In this document: piece by piece, positions 1-12,980 of the stretch
Layout of the letters: every line of letters starts with the position of its first letter
Numbering within the stretch: position 1 is the first letter of the stretch
Notes under the pieces: model-generated
What the model was told of the DNA's origin: nothing
Seen by the model: only the letters and a program-made list of their open reading frames with translations
The model's database searches: none
Assembly: GCF_964355755.1 (NCBI RefSeq)
Contig: NC_092671.1
Span: 7,936,001 to 8,000,000, forward strand
Direction: 5' to 3'
Source of the DNA: Antedon mediterranea
Taxonomy: Eukaryota; Animalia; Echinodermata
DNA: 64,000 nucleotides
Program-made: the position numbers and the translations under genes

Positions 1-1624
1 CACATCTATAATATAATTTTTAATTTAATAATTCTTTTAAGAAATTATTTTAACATTATAAATAAATCACGTTGACATTGATTTTTATTATCTGAAATTA
101 TCTCAAAAATATAATATTAAACATGACTGAATCCAAATAAGTTTATTTCCTGGAATTATGAACACAATGTAATTCATTATTTCAACCAACATTGATTTAA
201 ATAATATTATTTATTATTAATTTTATAGTATGCCCAGGTCAGTACTTCGTATTTAGTCGGTAATAGATTAAACGACGTTTTGGCCTAATGTATTTAAACT
301 GAAGAAGAATAAGAAAACATACTTTCATTAAAAAAAATCTTATTTCATTTAGGCCTAGATATCATTACCTTTTGTAGACACAATTCTAAATGTCCGTAAA
401 AACATATTTTCGTATTAAATAACAGAAACAAATTGTTTAATAATAAAACGTATGCGTGTTCATTTGTGAACTCTAAACCAAATTATATTCATTTCATATT
501 TTACATGACTTGTTGTTAAAAAGTCAATCATATCAAGATAATGAGTTTTTCTAGCTCTTTCCTTCTTTAAATTGAATTTTAAACAATTCAGTATCCGATT
601 ATATTCCAATTTGTGTTTTGTTTACTAAGATTTTTACTGTTACATAAACTGTTAACATTTGTGTTCTTAATCTCAACGATTATAAGCAATGTCTTAGTTA
701 AGTCGAAGATGCTCTCCAGATGGAATGCCATCCTGAGATGAGTAGTAGTAATTTTGTTTATTTTATTTATTTCATTTATATGTAATTTACTTTCTATGGA
801 CCAGAGTTTCCGAAATAAAAGATTGAATGAATGAATGAATATCGTAACTAATTTTAGATAAAGCAGAGTAGCGCACATTTATGCGTACGTATATCATGTT
901 TATTAATGAAAATGATATTTACGAAAGAGAAAAATGTAAATTGTTTTAAAATAGGCCTAATTGATAGTCAAAACAAATATATAAAACATATAATACTATT
1001 TTATCGTATACTACGAATAGGCTTAACGGTTCAAAGTATATAGGCTTAAACAATATTAAATGGATAAAAAAAAAACCAAAATAACGAAAAGGGATAGAAA
1101 TTGTATATCTAGATTCTGTAATTTTTGGTCATAAAACATTGAATGAATAAAGGGTGTGGTTAGTCACAAAGGAAAACAAAATAAGCCTAATTATTTTACG
1201 AAATATTTTATAACGCAATATCTTTTCAATGGTAAGATATTAATAATATGTTTATATTAAACTAAAGACAAACAGGATCAATAAAATTGTTATTCTTTTC
1301 AATTAAATATAAAATAATTATACTGTATTATAATTTTCGATGATAATTTGAAAAATGTTGTGAAAGCATCGAAAATGTAAGTATGATAACTGTGCCCTTA
1401 AAAATAGACTTATTAAATACATTTATGAATAAAAATATTTTTTTAACCTAACATATTCAGTTTCAATCAATAATGCAATGCAGAATTACTCTTTTCAGCT
1501 ACACTGCATTTGTGTTAATTTTTCATTGAACTTGGTTTAAAAATTTCATAGGCTACATACGAATTATAAAAAAATGAAATCAACTGCAGTTAATATACTG
1601 TGCCTAAATAAAGAAATAAACAAA

Positions 1625-2022
1625 CAATACAATGTAAATCCAATGCTGCTAACATTTCATTAGCTTTTGTATTCTCGTCGATACAAACAATGCTTTTACT
1701 TTCAATGTTTAGCACAATAATATCAGGGAGTTGTAATATAATTTTACAGCTCTCTGATTTATATTGGAGATACTTTTCTATTGCATTACACCGACTTTTT
1801 TTTCAAGTTGCAATGTTTTGTTTGTTTTTGCATTTACAATTTTTGAAATAAACAATTCAATGTAATTCCAATGTTGCTAACATTTTATTAGCTTTTGTAT
1901 TCATCGATACATTTACTTTCAATGCAGACTGTTTAGCAAAATTATAATGGTGTACCGTACTTTGCTATTGTATAACACCGACTTCGTTCCAAGTTGCAAT
2001 ATTTTGGTTGTTTTTGCATTTA
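1625..2022. repeat. Diverged local tandem duplication (two copies of about 170-230 bp)
   Basis: AATGTAA(A/T)TCCAATG(C/T)TGCTAACATTT(C/T)ATTAGCTTTTGTATTC and ACACCGACTT...CAAGTTGCAAT...TTGTTTTTGCATTTA each occur twice. Confidence 0.85.
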
Positions 2023-5000
2023 AAATGGGGCCAGGCATCTCTCATGAGAGACTTTCTATTTGTACACGGATCGTTACAAATATCATTCTCATCCAATCAC
2101 TCAGTTAACGGAATAAGGTCAAAGACTGCCGCTTTCTACCAAAAATTTACTTCCATCGAAAATAAAACTAATTGCCGATTTAGGAAATGGGTAATTTTCA
2201 CTAGGTTTTTAATTTTATTGGTACTTAGGCAAAGTATTTGATAAATCGAAATTCATTTTAGTCCTAAGTTTTGACGCAAATGAAGCAATTTTCTACAATA
2301 TACTTGTTATTAGTAGCTAAAGCATTGTCACGTTGGTATCTACTTTAGGAATTCAAATTACAGCACTTGAACAACTGCTTTTGTATTTAAATCTTTTTGT
2401 ATTTCTTTATCCATCTTAGCAACATTACCACATTGAAGCTATTTAGTATTTTATTATGTAACGACAGTGGTAGCGTAAGTGGAGAAATGGAATATTTCAA
2501 TCAATGTTTTCTTCTCTCCTTCTCATATCTCGGTTGGGTGGGATGTTTGTTGTCGAAAAAAATATTAATTATTGGCAAACATTAAGTAAATTTGTATTTT
2601 GTTTGTAGTATTTACTGTACGTGTGGTCATCTAACGGTCGGTAGTGTTTGAATAAATTGTTCATTTTTACAGCATTAACAGGCTTCGATTTAAGATTTTT
2701 GTTAGCTTTTTGCGTTGGGAATGTATAACCCCACCCAATCGGGTCATACATCCCACATCCGGGTAGAACTTTCCGCCATTTATTTTCTATATAAAGAAAT
2801 AGTTTTTCATTTTACTAATTATTAACATCGATAATATCTACAAGCGTTTCAGTTACCAATTAAAATAAGAATATTTATACAAAAGAAATGAATTAAATCA
2901 TAGATTGTTTTTACTTCTATCTGTTATTACAGAATATAATGCCATGTGTTAAATTTCATCACGATTTGTATTTTAGCAAATTAATGTCAATAAACTTCTG
3001 AACGATTTGTTCAATTGAATAACAATGTAATTAAAGGTTAGTAAAACAAGTTAATTGAGACATTAACACGCGTTCTCGACATTAATTTGTAAATTGTGGA
3101 ACAATTACGGCACTTGATATAGACGTTGATCTTGTAAATGATTCAAAATATACCTTTATCTTAGACATACATATTATGTTTGATAATATCGAATGACTCG
3201 TACCACGTAAATCCTGAATTATGTCTTTTCATGTATACTCTTTATTCAAATATGTACATAAAACATAATTATTAATTATTCTATTATGCTTACTACATAA
3301 AAATACAATTTGATCTATACGGTACGTCATGCTAATAACCAGTTTTGTCTTATTAATGGAACTATACTTTTAGAATTTACGGTCTGTATAATAATAGTTG
3401 TGTAAAGTGTACGTGGTGGAGGGGATTAACATAATCGTTATGATCTTTGCTTGTAGGCCTATACAGAGGAAGTCACACTTTGAATTGCACCACACCATGG
3501 ATTTAACACATTTTTGTTACATTATATGCTCGGAAGTTTTTAATTATTTTCTTTCAAAGATTTCCGATAATGGAAAAGTTATAATAGGCAAGGCATCATT
3601 AGATAAGTGGGTTTACGCTTATTATAATAGACTCTATATTTAGTTACGGTATTTAGTGCTCGGTTGCATTCGGAAACCTTAACAACACTATATTATCTTG
3701 ATTTCTTCAGTATCATAGGAATATTTGGTGTACAACATCCCATGTGTTTAGTATCATTCGCATAAATACCCTTCACATAACCTTACATGATACCCACATG
3801 AGATTATCAAATATTCATTATACTGGGAAAATTATTGTAGTATGTGGAGATACAGCACTGAGAATCGGGTTATAAATAAAGGTTTGCCGTACAGGTCTAA
3901 AGCCAGAAAACCAAACAAATTTCAGATTAGTTGCTTGCTTATTGATACTGTGTCAGTATTATACAGTATAATATCTAGGCCCTATATTAGAATGAGTAAA
4001 TTTGGATTAATTATCTTGCGTCAGTAACGTCTGCAAAAATGCTACCACTAGAAATCATTTACGTAGGTCTAAACACCACAGGGTTGTGCATATAACTCTT
4101 TGATTACTATTAAAAAACATACAGGTATACAATAGACCTATTAATATTAATGCGATAATAAATTAACTATTAACGCAGGCTAATAGTAAATAAATCAACT
4201 AATAAATCATACAATTTATAGATAAATACTAAATAAACCATTTATGTTTTTATTATAAAACGCATCGTTAGTGCAAAACGTTTTTGAATAATTAACGATA
4301 TCATGATCCTATATAAATCATAGGTATCATGTTTTATTTTCCCAAAGTGATTCTCTCGTAATCCCGTAGTTTACGGAGCTACGGTTTAATTTTCTAAACC
4401 CTTTACAACAGTACTACACGTCCCCAAATGTATACATTCTCGGCCGTGTGTTTTTTAAATAAATAATTACACCATCCTGTACAATGTGGTTTCCAATATA
4501 ATTGCCATTTTTTTTCGCGTTTCCCACAGGGTTTTTAAATCGCATTATTAGTTGTAGTTTTTTGTGGTAACTTTTGCAGAATCCATTAATTAATCTAGGC
4601 CAGTTTAATTATAGTCCTCAATAACCCATTCAAATTGTTTCGTAAAACACTTTGGCATCATTACACATTCTGGGTCGCGAAAGAATCGGACGCTCCTATG
4701 AGAATTCAGAACGTTTCATGTCGTTCTGAAATACTGCGTATCTGAAAGGTTAATCCGTGCTTGTCGCAAATCAAACATAACATATGAAAATGTGTTTCCA
4801 TAGTTACTAGTTAGGTAATTATAATAATAATACAATGGCGCAAGTAACCACATGGTTTAGAAAGTTTTTGAATGATTTTGTTCCATTAGGCGTATTCTCT
4901 TTAAGGTATCATTCTGAACAATCGAGTAAGAATCTCCAGGTAGGCTACACAACCATGTTGAGCAATTGTTGTACTGGTCCATACTCAAACATACTAAACC

Positions 5001-8000
5001 CCCACGAGTAATGTGATATAAGGAGTATAATGGTATATAACGGACACTAACAAATCTTGTTTAATTTGATAAACATAGTAGGCTTAATCACATTTTGTTA
5101 TCACAAAAGATGTGTTATAAATAACTTGAAAATAATGGAATAACTATCCGCGTTAAATTAGATTGTTATTATACATTTTAGGACCAATTACTAAACCTGT
5201 ATATAGGTCATATATTGAGAATATGCGGCTTAGGGCAAAGATTCAAAATGTTCAAGTTTATCCCAGGGGCGCCTTTTGTATATCCAGGGACTTCTACAAT
5301 CGAATCGGCAAATACCAAGCATGCGCAGTTCGAATATAAAATCGAGAAGGTATTTTACGTCTTGGAAAAATGTAGGCCTAGAACAAAACAACAAAGTATC
5401 GTTTAACTAAGAAGAAATTATTATATCAGCGTAGAAATTATTTGTAATGAACCTATACACAGGTCAGAAAAGTGTAGTCGATTAGGTTGATTGCGTGCAG
5501 ATTATGGCAAAATTCGGACAGACTCACACGAGTTTGTGTCTGGGGTAGCACTTGTCCAATCAGGCATATCAGACATGATTTCCTGGTATACATTCCTTAT
5601 ATATAGGTAGATGCAATAATTCGACTTTCTACTCGTGCTGATCCCTTTTTATCGTCTGACTTAGACGTAAGTTCAAAGTTCAATGACGTTGTTTGGTAGC
5701 AAGTTGTTGATAAACACGAGAAGTGCCTTTCTAAATTACAAATAAAAACTCAATTGGTCCACTTAGTGAGTAACAAACCTACATGCTACGTGTTAGTTGT
5801 TGTTATGACATATTTGGTAGGCCTATAATATTACAAAATAGCAATTATAGACCTAAACAGTAAGTTTATACAATTGAAAAACGCCAATTTATTCCAAACC
5901 GCCCTTTATTAGACAGAAATAGATTAGTTTAAAGAAAGGAAATACCATTGAGCCTGAAATCTCATATTGAAATGTAAAGATAATAAGTCATGAGAAACAA
6001 ACTTTTTATTGTTAGAGCATAGCGCTATAAAATCTAATTTTATAGCGCCAAGTTGGTTAGAAATCACATGCCTGCTCTATGCTTACGCATATAATGAAGA
6101 CAATTGTTTTATGGAAACCAACAAATGAACCTCTAATCCTACCAAAAATAACTAGTTGGTTACGTTGTTTATTATGGTCTACAAAACAATGAAATCATTA
6201 TTATTGTTTAAAAAAACGTAAAATTAAATTACTTTTATATTAACCATCGTCGTCAAAAGTATGCCATAATTGAACGATTACTGGCCTCCAAAATTCACGG
6301 CCCCTTATCGAATCGAACATTTGATTTATTGTATATTTTGGTTACAATCAAACTACAGGAAACAATTCTATGTTTATTGGACAACGTATAGCTTTTCATA
6401 GCTTGTTTCTTTTTGAATTGCTTCCGCTATATGATATCATATTTAAAAATCGTGAGTAGTCGAGATAGGAAAGAAATTACACAATTTTAGTATTATAAAT
6501 TCAACACGTGTAGTTATGTTATCTCATTGTAATAGTAAGTAAATGAAGGACTGTTAATACAATGCCAATATCGTCAGAATGACACAAAAGACACTTTGAC
6601 ACGTGGGGTCAAATAAAAATGGTACATTTCACATTTCTCATTCATAAGCAATCCAGGTATTTTACCGACTTTTCTCGGGCAGGCATACATTTGAATATTG
6701 GAATTTGCCAACCAAAACATTGGAAACTATTAAAATTATATTTATTCATGTAATTGTTTGAAAACAAAATCAAATTTGGCATATTGAACAGCTGATTAAG
6801 TAAGAACTTTGAATGTCATGATTTAAAAAAAGTTGTAACTTTGTCCGAGACAGTTTTTGATCTCATAAAGACACTCTCGAATTAAAACTTATTTTTTTTT
6901 TTGCTAAATAAAGTGGAAACAGTAAATGAAATTTAACACCAAAACTATTGAAACTATTATATAAAAGTTGTGCCAAGCCTGTACTCGGGACCATAATCTA
7001 CTCAGTAGCCGAAGGCGTGGCCAGTATACTTTTATCCAATTACAATTGATTAGTTGAATGATTGACATCTTTATAAGTCGACGTAAATGGGTCGAAGTTT
7101 ATTATATTCCGAAGGAACGAATTGGATTTAGACCAAATTAAAATTTTTAATAGTATTTTATTAAATAGACCAAAGTTATTGTTGATAAATACAAACAAAA
7201 CAAACTAATCATTTTAATGATATTCTTAATAATCGGTGCAGTAGTAATGAATGCATTTGTAAAAATGTTGGATTATCAGCCTTTAAAGTCTAAAACACAA
7301 ATCATCATGTCGCATGGTAGGTTGCATGATAATTAATGGAAAATTTTATAGAACAATGGTGGTGTAGCATTGATTGTACAGTACTTGTAATGCAATAACT
7401 GTCTATGAACACAAAATCACGCAGAAAAGGCGTTTAGCGGCCGACTGCATATCATTATCCCAGCCCATTTGTCGTATTTCATTTTTAATAGACCTACCAT
7501 TCGATAATATACCGTGTGTGCATGTGTCACAGAGCTTCATTCATCACAATTGGATAATACTATGATTGTTCTGTTATGCTTATGTTGTTATAAAAGCATC
7601 GTCAACGTCATATATTAATAAATAACAACACAACTAAAACAATAAGCAATGGCTGACGAAATAGACCAAAATAAATAATTTGTTATATTTGTTATGACCG
7701 TGTTGTTAAAACGAGTTATATTTTGTACACATTTATACTATTTGCTGGTCTATTAACTTGCACAAAACAACCCGTTATATCTATCAACAAACGGCAATTT
7801 GTTTCCATAATGGTCTTTCCTGCCCGAACGTTTAAAACCCAATCGCGTCATGAAATCCATAGGCCTAATGTTCTCAATTAAATACTTATTGGTGGCATTT
7901 TTGTAAGTGTAATGGTAACTATGTTGATTACGTAACAATTATATAACAAAAAGGAATTTTGCTTGACCGAGATCACGACTCTAAGGAGCGCGTTTAAACA

Positions 8001-11000
8001 CTGATAATAATGTAATGTTTTTGTACGCGCGCATCAGATTTATGATATGGCATCACTGATCAACATTGATTTAAGATGAAAAAATAATATAGGTGTGCGT
8101 GTGATGAACGAGAGATAATATATTATATAAAATAAGGAGATACGGTAGGTTGGCATCGCTACAATAATTAGGCCTTTTAAGGTTTGAAGTTTGATTAATA
8201 ATGAATACAATATTAGCAATACTCAAGGTAATTTTGTTTAGGCCTGTACAAAAATCAATCAATATAATATATTGAATTAATTATACCATTTTTAAAATGT
8301 CAATCTCAACAACCATTAATTAAATAGTAATATCCTAAATAGATATTTAAAATATTTTATTTAATTGCATTTTTTTCTTATGGGTCCTTCACAAAAAATT
8401 AGGCCTCTAAACGAGTTTGATCATCCAAGCTATCGATTATGAAAGAGACTGATCACAATCTGAATCTTTCGTTAAACTTCAGTTGTACAAATCCATTACA
8501 TTATAATCGACAGTAAGGCCTACTAGCAATAGATAAAATACATTGACGTTCAATAACTTAATTGAGATTTTGAGGAGAACCATTATAGTAATCGCCCCAG
8601 AAGGCATCACCACGAGTATTCTGAAATCAATAAATAAATATTACACAATTCTTTAATTGCGTGATTGCAAAAGTATTACAGAATTCTGTAAGCACGTGTG
8701 ATTGAAAAAGTACATCATTTGACGACGAAACAAGCCCATAATACCATTGAATTGTTAACAGCCTAAGTAATGGCGGTTATTAATAATCATTGTTCGTAGT
8801 AGAAAAATCTATTAATTTCTTCATTTACATAGTGCTCTATCAGTATTCCCATATTGCATTTGTTGATTGATACAACTACTGTTATTAGCAACGTAGAGCA
8901 ATTACGACTAAAGCTGAAGCAAAGCGCTCGGCTAGCGTTATAACTCAACATGGATAAATTCTGCCTTTATGTGCGACGCTATCAACATCAGAACCCGATC
9001 GAGATTTAGGTCAAATGCAATTGTGTGTCGCTCGTAATTTTTCCCCTTAAGTTTTTGTATGTATTTGTGGCTTTTTATGCTCCCCTTGTTAGCTACATTA
9101 CGCTTCGAGATCGTAAATATCACACCGGTTGGTTAGCATACAAGTGGCAAAAGGAACCGTTTCGTATTTCCCATCTGAACCTTTTTCAGCCACGAGTCAT
9201 CTGTGGCAAACGGCTATACAACATTAACAACCATGCATACACGACATTTTTATAGTGCGGATTCGTAAAGCAGATTGATATTTAACATTGAAGTCTTTGT
9301 CTTTGGTCGTTCTGTAAAATTCTCAAGAGGTTTCTACCAACTCTCGATTGAAAACGGTTCAATCCTCCAACTTTACAACTCGCATAAAAGCAAAATACTG
9401 ATGCATTTAATTCTCGCCAATATTATGATTTATTATCACTGTATATAACAATAACTGTCATATATAACAAACATTATATAGAAGAACACATAGATCACTT
9501 GTGAAATTATAAATTGAAAACATGTTCATAGATTTAGAAGAGTTGACAACATTATACAGGTGAAGATCTAACTTTACCTTTTACCAAGAATTAAAGCGTT
9601 ACTGTATAAACAAATGCGATTCATAAATACAATTCTTAATGCTAAAAACCACAGAGAACTTCACTTAAGAGAAAAAAGCGTCATAACCTAATATATCTAA
9701 ACATTTGACGCACAAATTTCAAGTTTCTTATTTTTAACAAACTGTCCATGTAATCTGATTCATGGTCTATAATAATTAAACATTTATTCCTGTAAAACGG
9801 ACAACAGCAATGCACATTTTGGTCTACACAGAGTGATATATAAATAAACATTTAATCTGATATTAATAATTGAAAGAAAACAAGAGCGTCAAGTTTGGTC
9901 TATATAAAAACTATAATCTCTTGTAATTCACTGCGGTAAATGCGGTAGTGTACACAGACATAAAATAGATATAACTTCCTTTAATATGACGACAATATTT
10001 TTAAATCATTTCTTTTAATAAACATGTACAGTATAAATATTTTTAGTTTAGATTTGTTTAGGCCTACTGAAAAATTAAAAAAGGTCATTAGAACAAATAA
10101 TAAAAATAAACAAGGAAGTTTTAACTAAAATATGTCTGAGAACACTACACGTTGTTTCAAACTTAAATTTAATAAATTAATTTTAAATTAATTTGTAACT
10201 AAAGTTAGTGCTTGACAAGGTTTATAGTAAAGTACGGAAATCATTTATTATATTAAGAATCTAGGTCTAATTACAATATTGGTAGCAAACGCCCCTTCCA
10301 GATTAATAAATAAATAAAAGTGATACCACACAAGAGAAACAAAAATGACTTAATCATAAAAGCATTAAGCAAATAATTTAAACAATAAAAAAGGGCAAAT
10401 GTTATTTAGGCCTATTTGAGGCTATAGGCCTATGTGATAATACGCCAGCATATAGGCCTACAAACAGTTGTATTTAATAAACAACCTATGAAAATTAAAT
10501 ATTCTTATAAATTTAATAATTTTTATCTATAGGATTGGCGTTAATAATTCGTTATAAATTTCCAATTATTTTATTTCGTATTCTCACACATCAGTAATTT
10601 TGTTGTAATACACATTCAGCTAAAATGCGTTAAAATAATTATATAGGTATCATAATATTAGTAATAATATGATAATAGTTATCTTATGTCCCTAGTGTTG
10701 CTTCTTTAGATCAATGATCTGTAAAAATAATGATACTACAACGTTTACGTAATTATTTTAGTAATAGAAATAGTTCAGGCAGTTTGAACATGCTTTTTTT
10801 TATTCGACCGCAAAAAAACATCGTTTATGTTGATATAACTAGCTGTTTAACCGGTTTTTTTTAGCTATTAACAACAATTATTGGAATTTGTAGAAAAAGG
10901 AGATAGGTAAATGCGAAGCATCCTCGTATTATTGTGCAGGGTATTTTTTAGCATCGACAGTGTATACCACGATCGGAAAACACCCCTATTTGTGGCAAAT

Positions 11001-12843
11001 CGTTGAACCTAAATTCGTTTTGTCAATACCTAATTAACTCAATTAGTAAACAGGGTGACATTAGGTGGTTAAAATAAATACCGAAGGTATGAACCAACAT
11101 TTTATACCATCGAGTAAACATTCTAGATTTACCGAATTTTGTAGACATATACCTGTAGTAATTTTCCCATTAGGCCTAGTTATATAGGTAAAAATGGTAA
11201 CGTCTGAAAATAACACTGTATTAATTTAACTTTCTTCAAGTTTTATTGCTTCTTTAAAAAAAAAGGAAAAAAGTCAAAGGGAAATAGTATAAAAAAGAAA
11301 TGTAATTGCATTAACCTTATTCACGGTAACAGATAAAAATTAGACTGTAGATTATATTGTAATTCTGTGTTAAAATACGATTTCTTGACGGGTGAATTTA
11401 AATAACTTCGTTATAACCATTTACTATTACAGTATTATAAGCGTTTGAATATCAAAATACTAGGTCGTCTAAATTTGCTACGTGACTATATGCTGCCGTT
11501 AGTCCGTAAGCATACCTTTATTGAGAGAAAGGTATTGTTTTTAGGTTTAATGCCATATCGGATCCAATCATGATGGTGATATATCAGAGTGTTTGAAAAA
11601 TTCCAAACTGTATCAAATATCACCTAGTGCCTTATCGTTACTAACCTTTTTGACGATTCGTTAATAAATTTGTAATCGTTATTAGAATTGACGCTAACTA
11701 ACACTGGACAAAGGGAAATACCGTGATTGTAAATGTTGCTTTACCGATCCATGCAGTAACCAACAGGAAATATCATTTTATAAAAGACGGAAAACTATTG
11801 TTTTGTCGGCAATAAATCAATTTATATTTTGAATAATATAACCTTAGAGCAATGATAATAATAGTATAATATATGGCATAACGTATAATATACTAGTATA
11901 CAGTACACATGTGTAGGCCTATCGAGGGTTCACACACTTTTAGGTGAAAAAAAACACATAGAAAAGACAACAAAATGACCACAAAATCATCGCAACACCC
12001 TATCTGATCTGTATAATACAGTATAGTTATGAACAAATTAATTGATAATCACTAAATTTTCTAGGATATTATTATTTAATTTATTCTTTCCTCTTGGTCA
12101 TAATCATTTGAAAAATCTTAATAATGATAAAGGAGGACTTTGAAGAAAATTAGAATGTTTGCTGGTCTAAGAAATACAGATAGTACAGGTATCAAAATAG
12201 GTATTCAAACTGTTTGTGAAAATGTATAAAATGGAAAAAAGTAACCGCTTATAAATTCATTATTTTTTAACGCGCGCACTGTTTTGGTTTAAAAAAATGA
12301 TTGTACCAAAGACATGTTTGTCCAATGGCAGCGTAAGATGGTTACTTTTTTAGGCATGTATTGTCTGTTTAAGGAAATCAATCAACCAATCAGTGTCTGA
12401 AGTTTATTACATTGCTTGTAAATCAATATCACAGACACAATTCACACAAACGTCATTGTCAGAGTAATAAAGGTAAATTTATGACGTAATAACATACAAT
12501 GTAACCAGTACGTATATCTGTAAATTAACAATTAAAAGTTCGAATAAGCGCCCTCACTTTAAAGCATTGTGATTGATGATTACTCACATAACAATGTGGA
12601 ATAAAACTGAGTAAGGAGTATGTTGTATGCAAATCTTACCGACGCCTTCTAATTAATTCGTTAGGTTTGCACGTACGCCACTTGAGTGTATTGTTTCAAT
12701 ATAAATGGTCTTTCTTTATTTTCAAGTGGAGTTTTGTTTTATCGAAACTGGCCTATACTTGAAATTGAAATTGTAATTACGAAATTACTGCTTTCATCAA
12801 TGTTTGTAAGTGTAAGTTTTCAATTAAACTTTTGAGAGAGACA

Positions 12844-12980
12844 GCCTATTGTTCCAGTCCCCAACCACTTTTTAGTGTTTCACCAACTGCCTAGCCCATT
12901 GTTCCAGACCCCACCCACTTTTTAGTATTTCACCAACTACAGTACCTAGTCCATTGTTCCAGACCCCACCCACCAACTAG
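12844..12980. repeat. Minisatellite, about 50-bp unit, about 2.6 copies
   Basis: ATTGTTCCAG(T/A)CCCCA(A/C)CCAC(TTTTTAGT(G/A)TTTCAC)CAACT repeated. Confidence 0.9.

Noticed and set aside
11125-11160. miR-10-like fragments (CCGAATTTTGT, TACCTGTAG)
   Set aside because: Fragments are in the wrong order, the seed is incomplete, and miR-10 is expected near Hox4/5.
12844-12980. CRISPR-like array
   Set aside because: Eukaryotic context, units are contiguous without unique spacers, and no cas genes.
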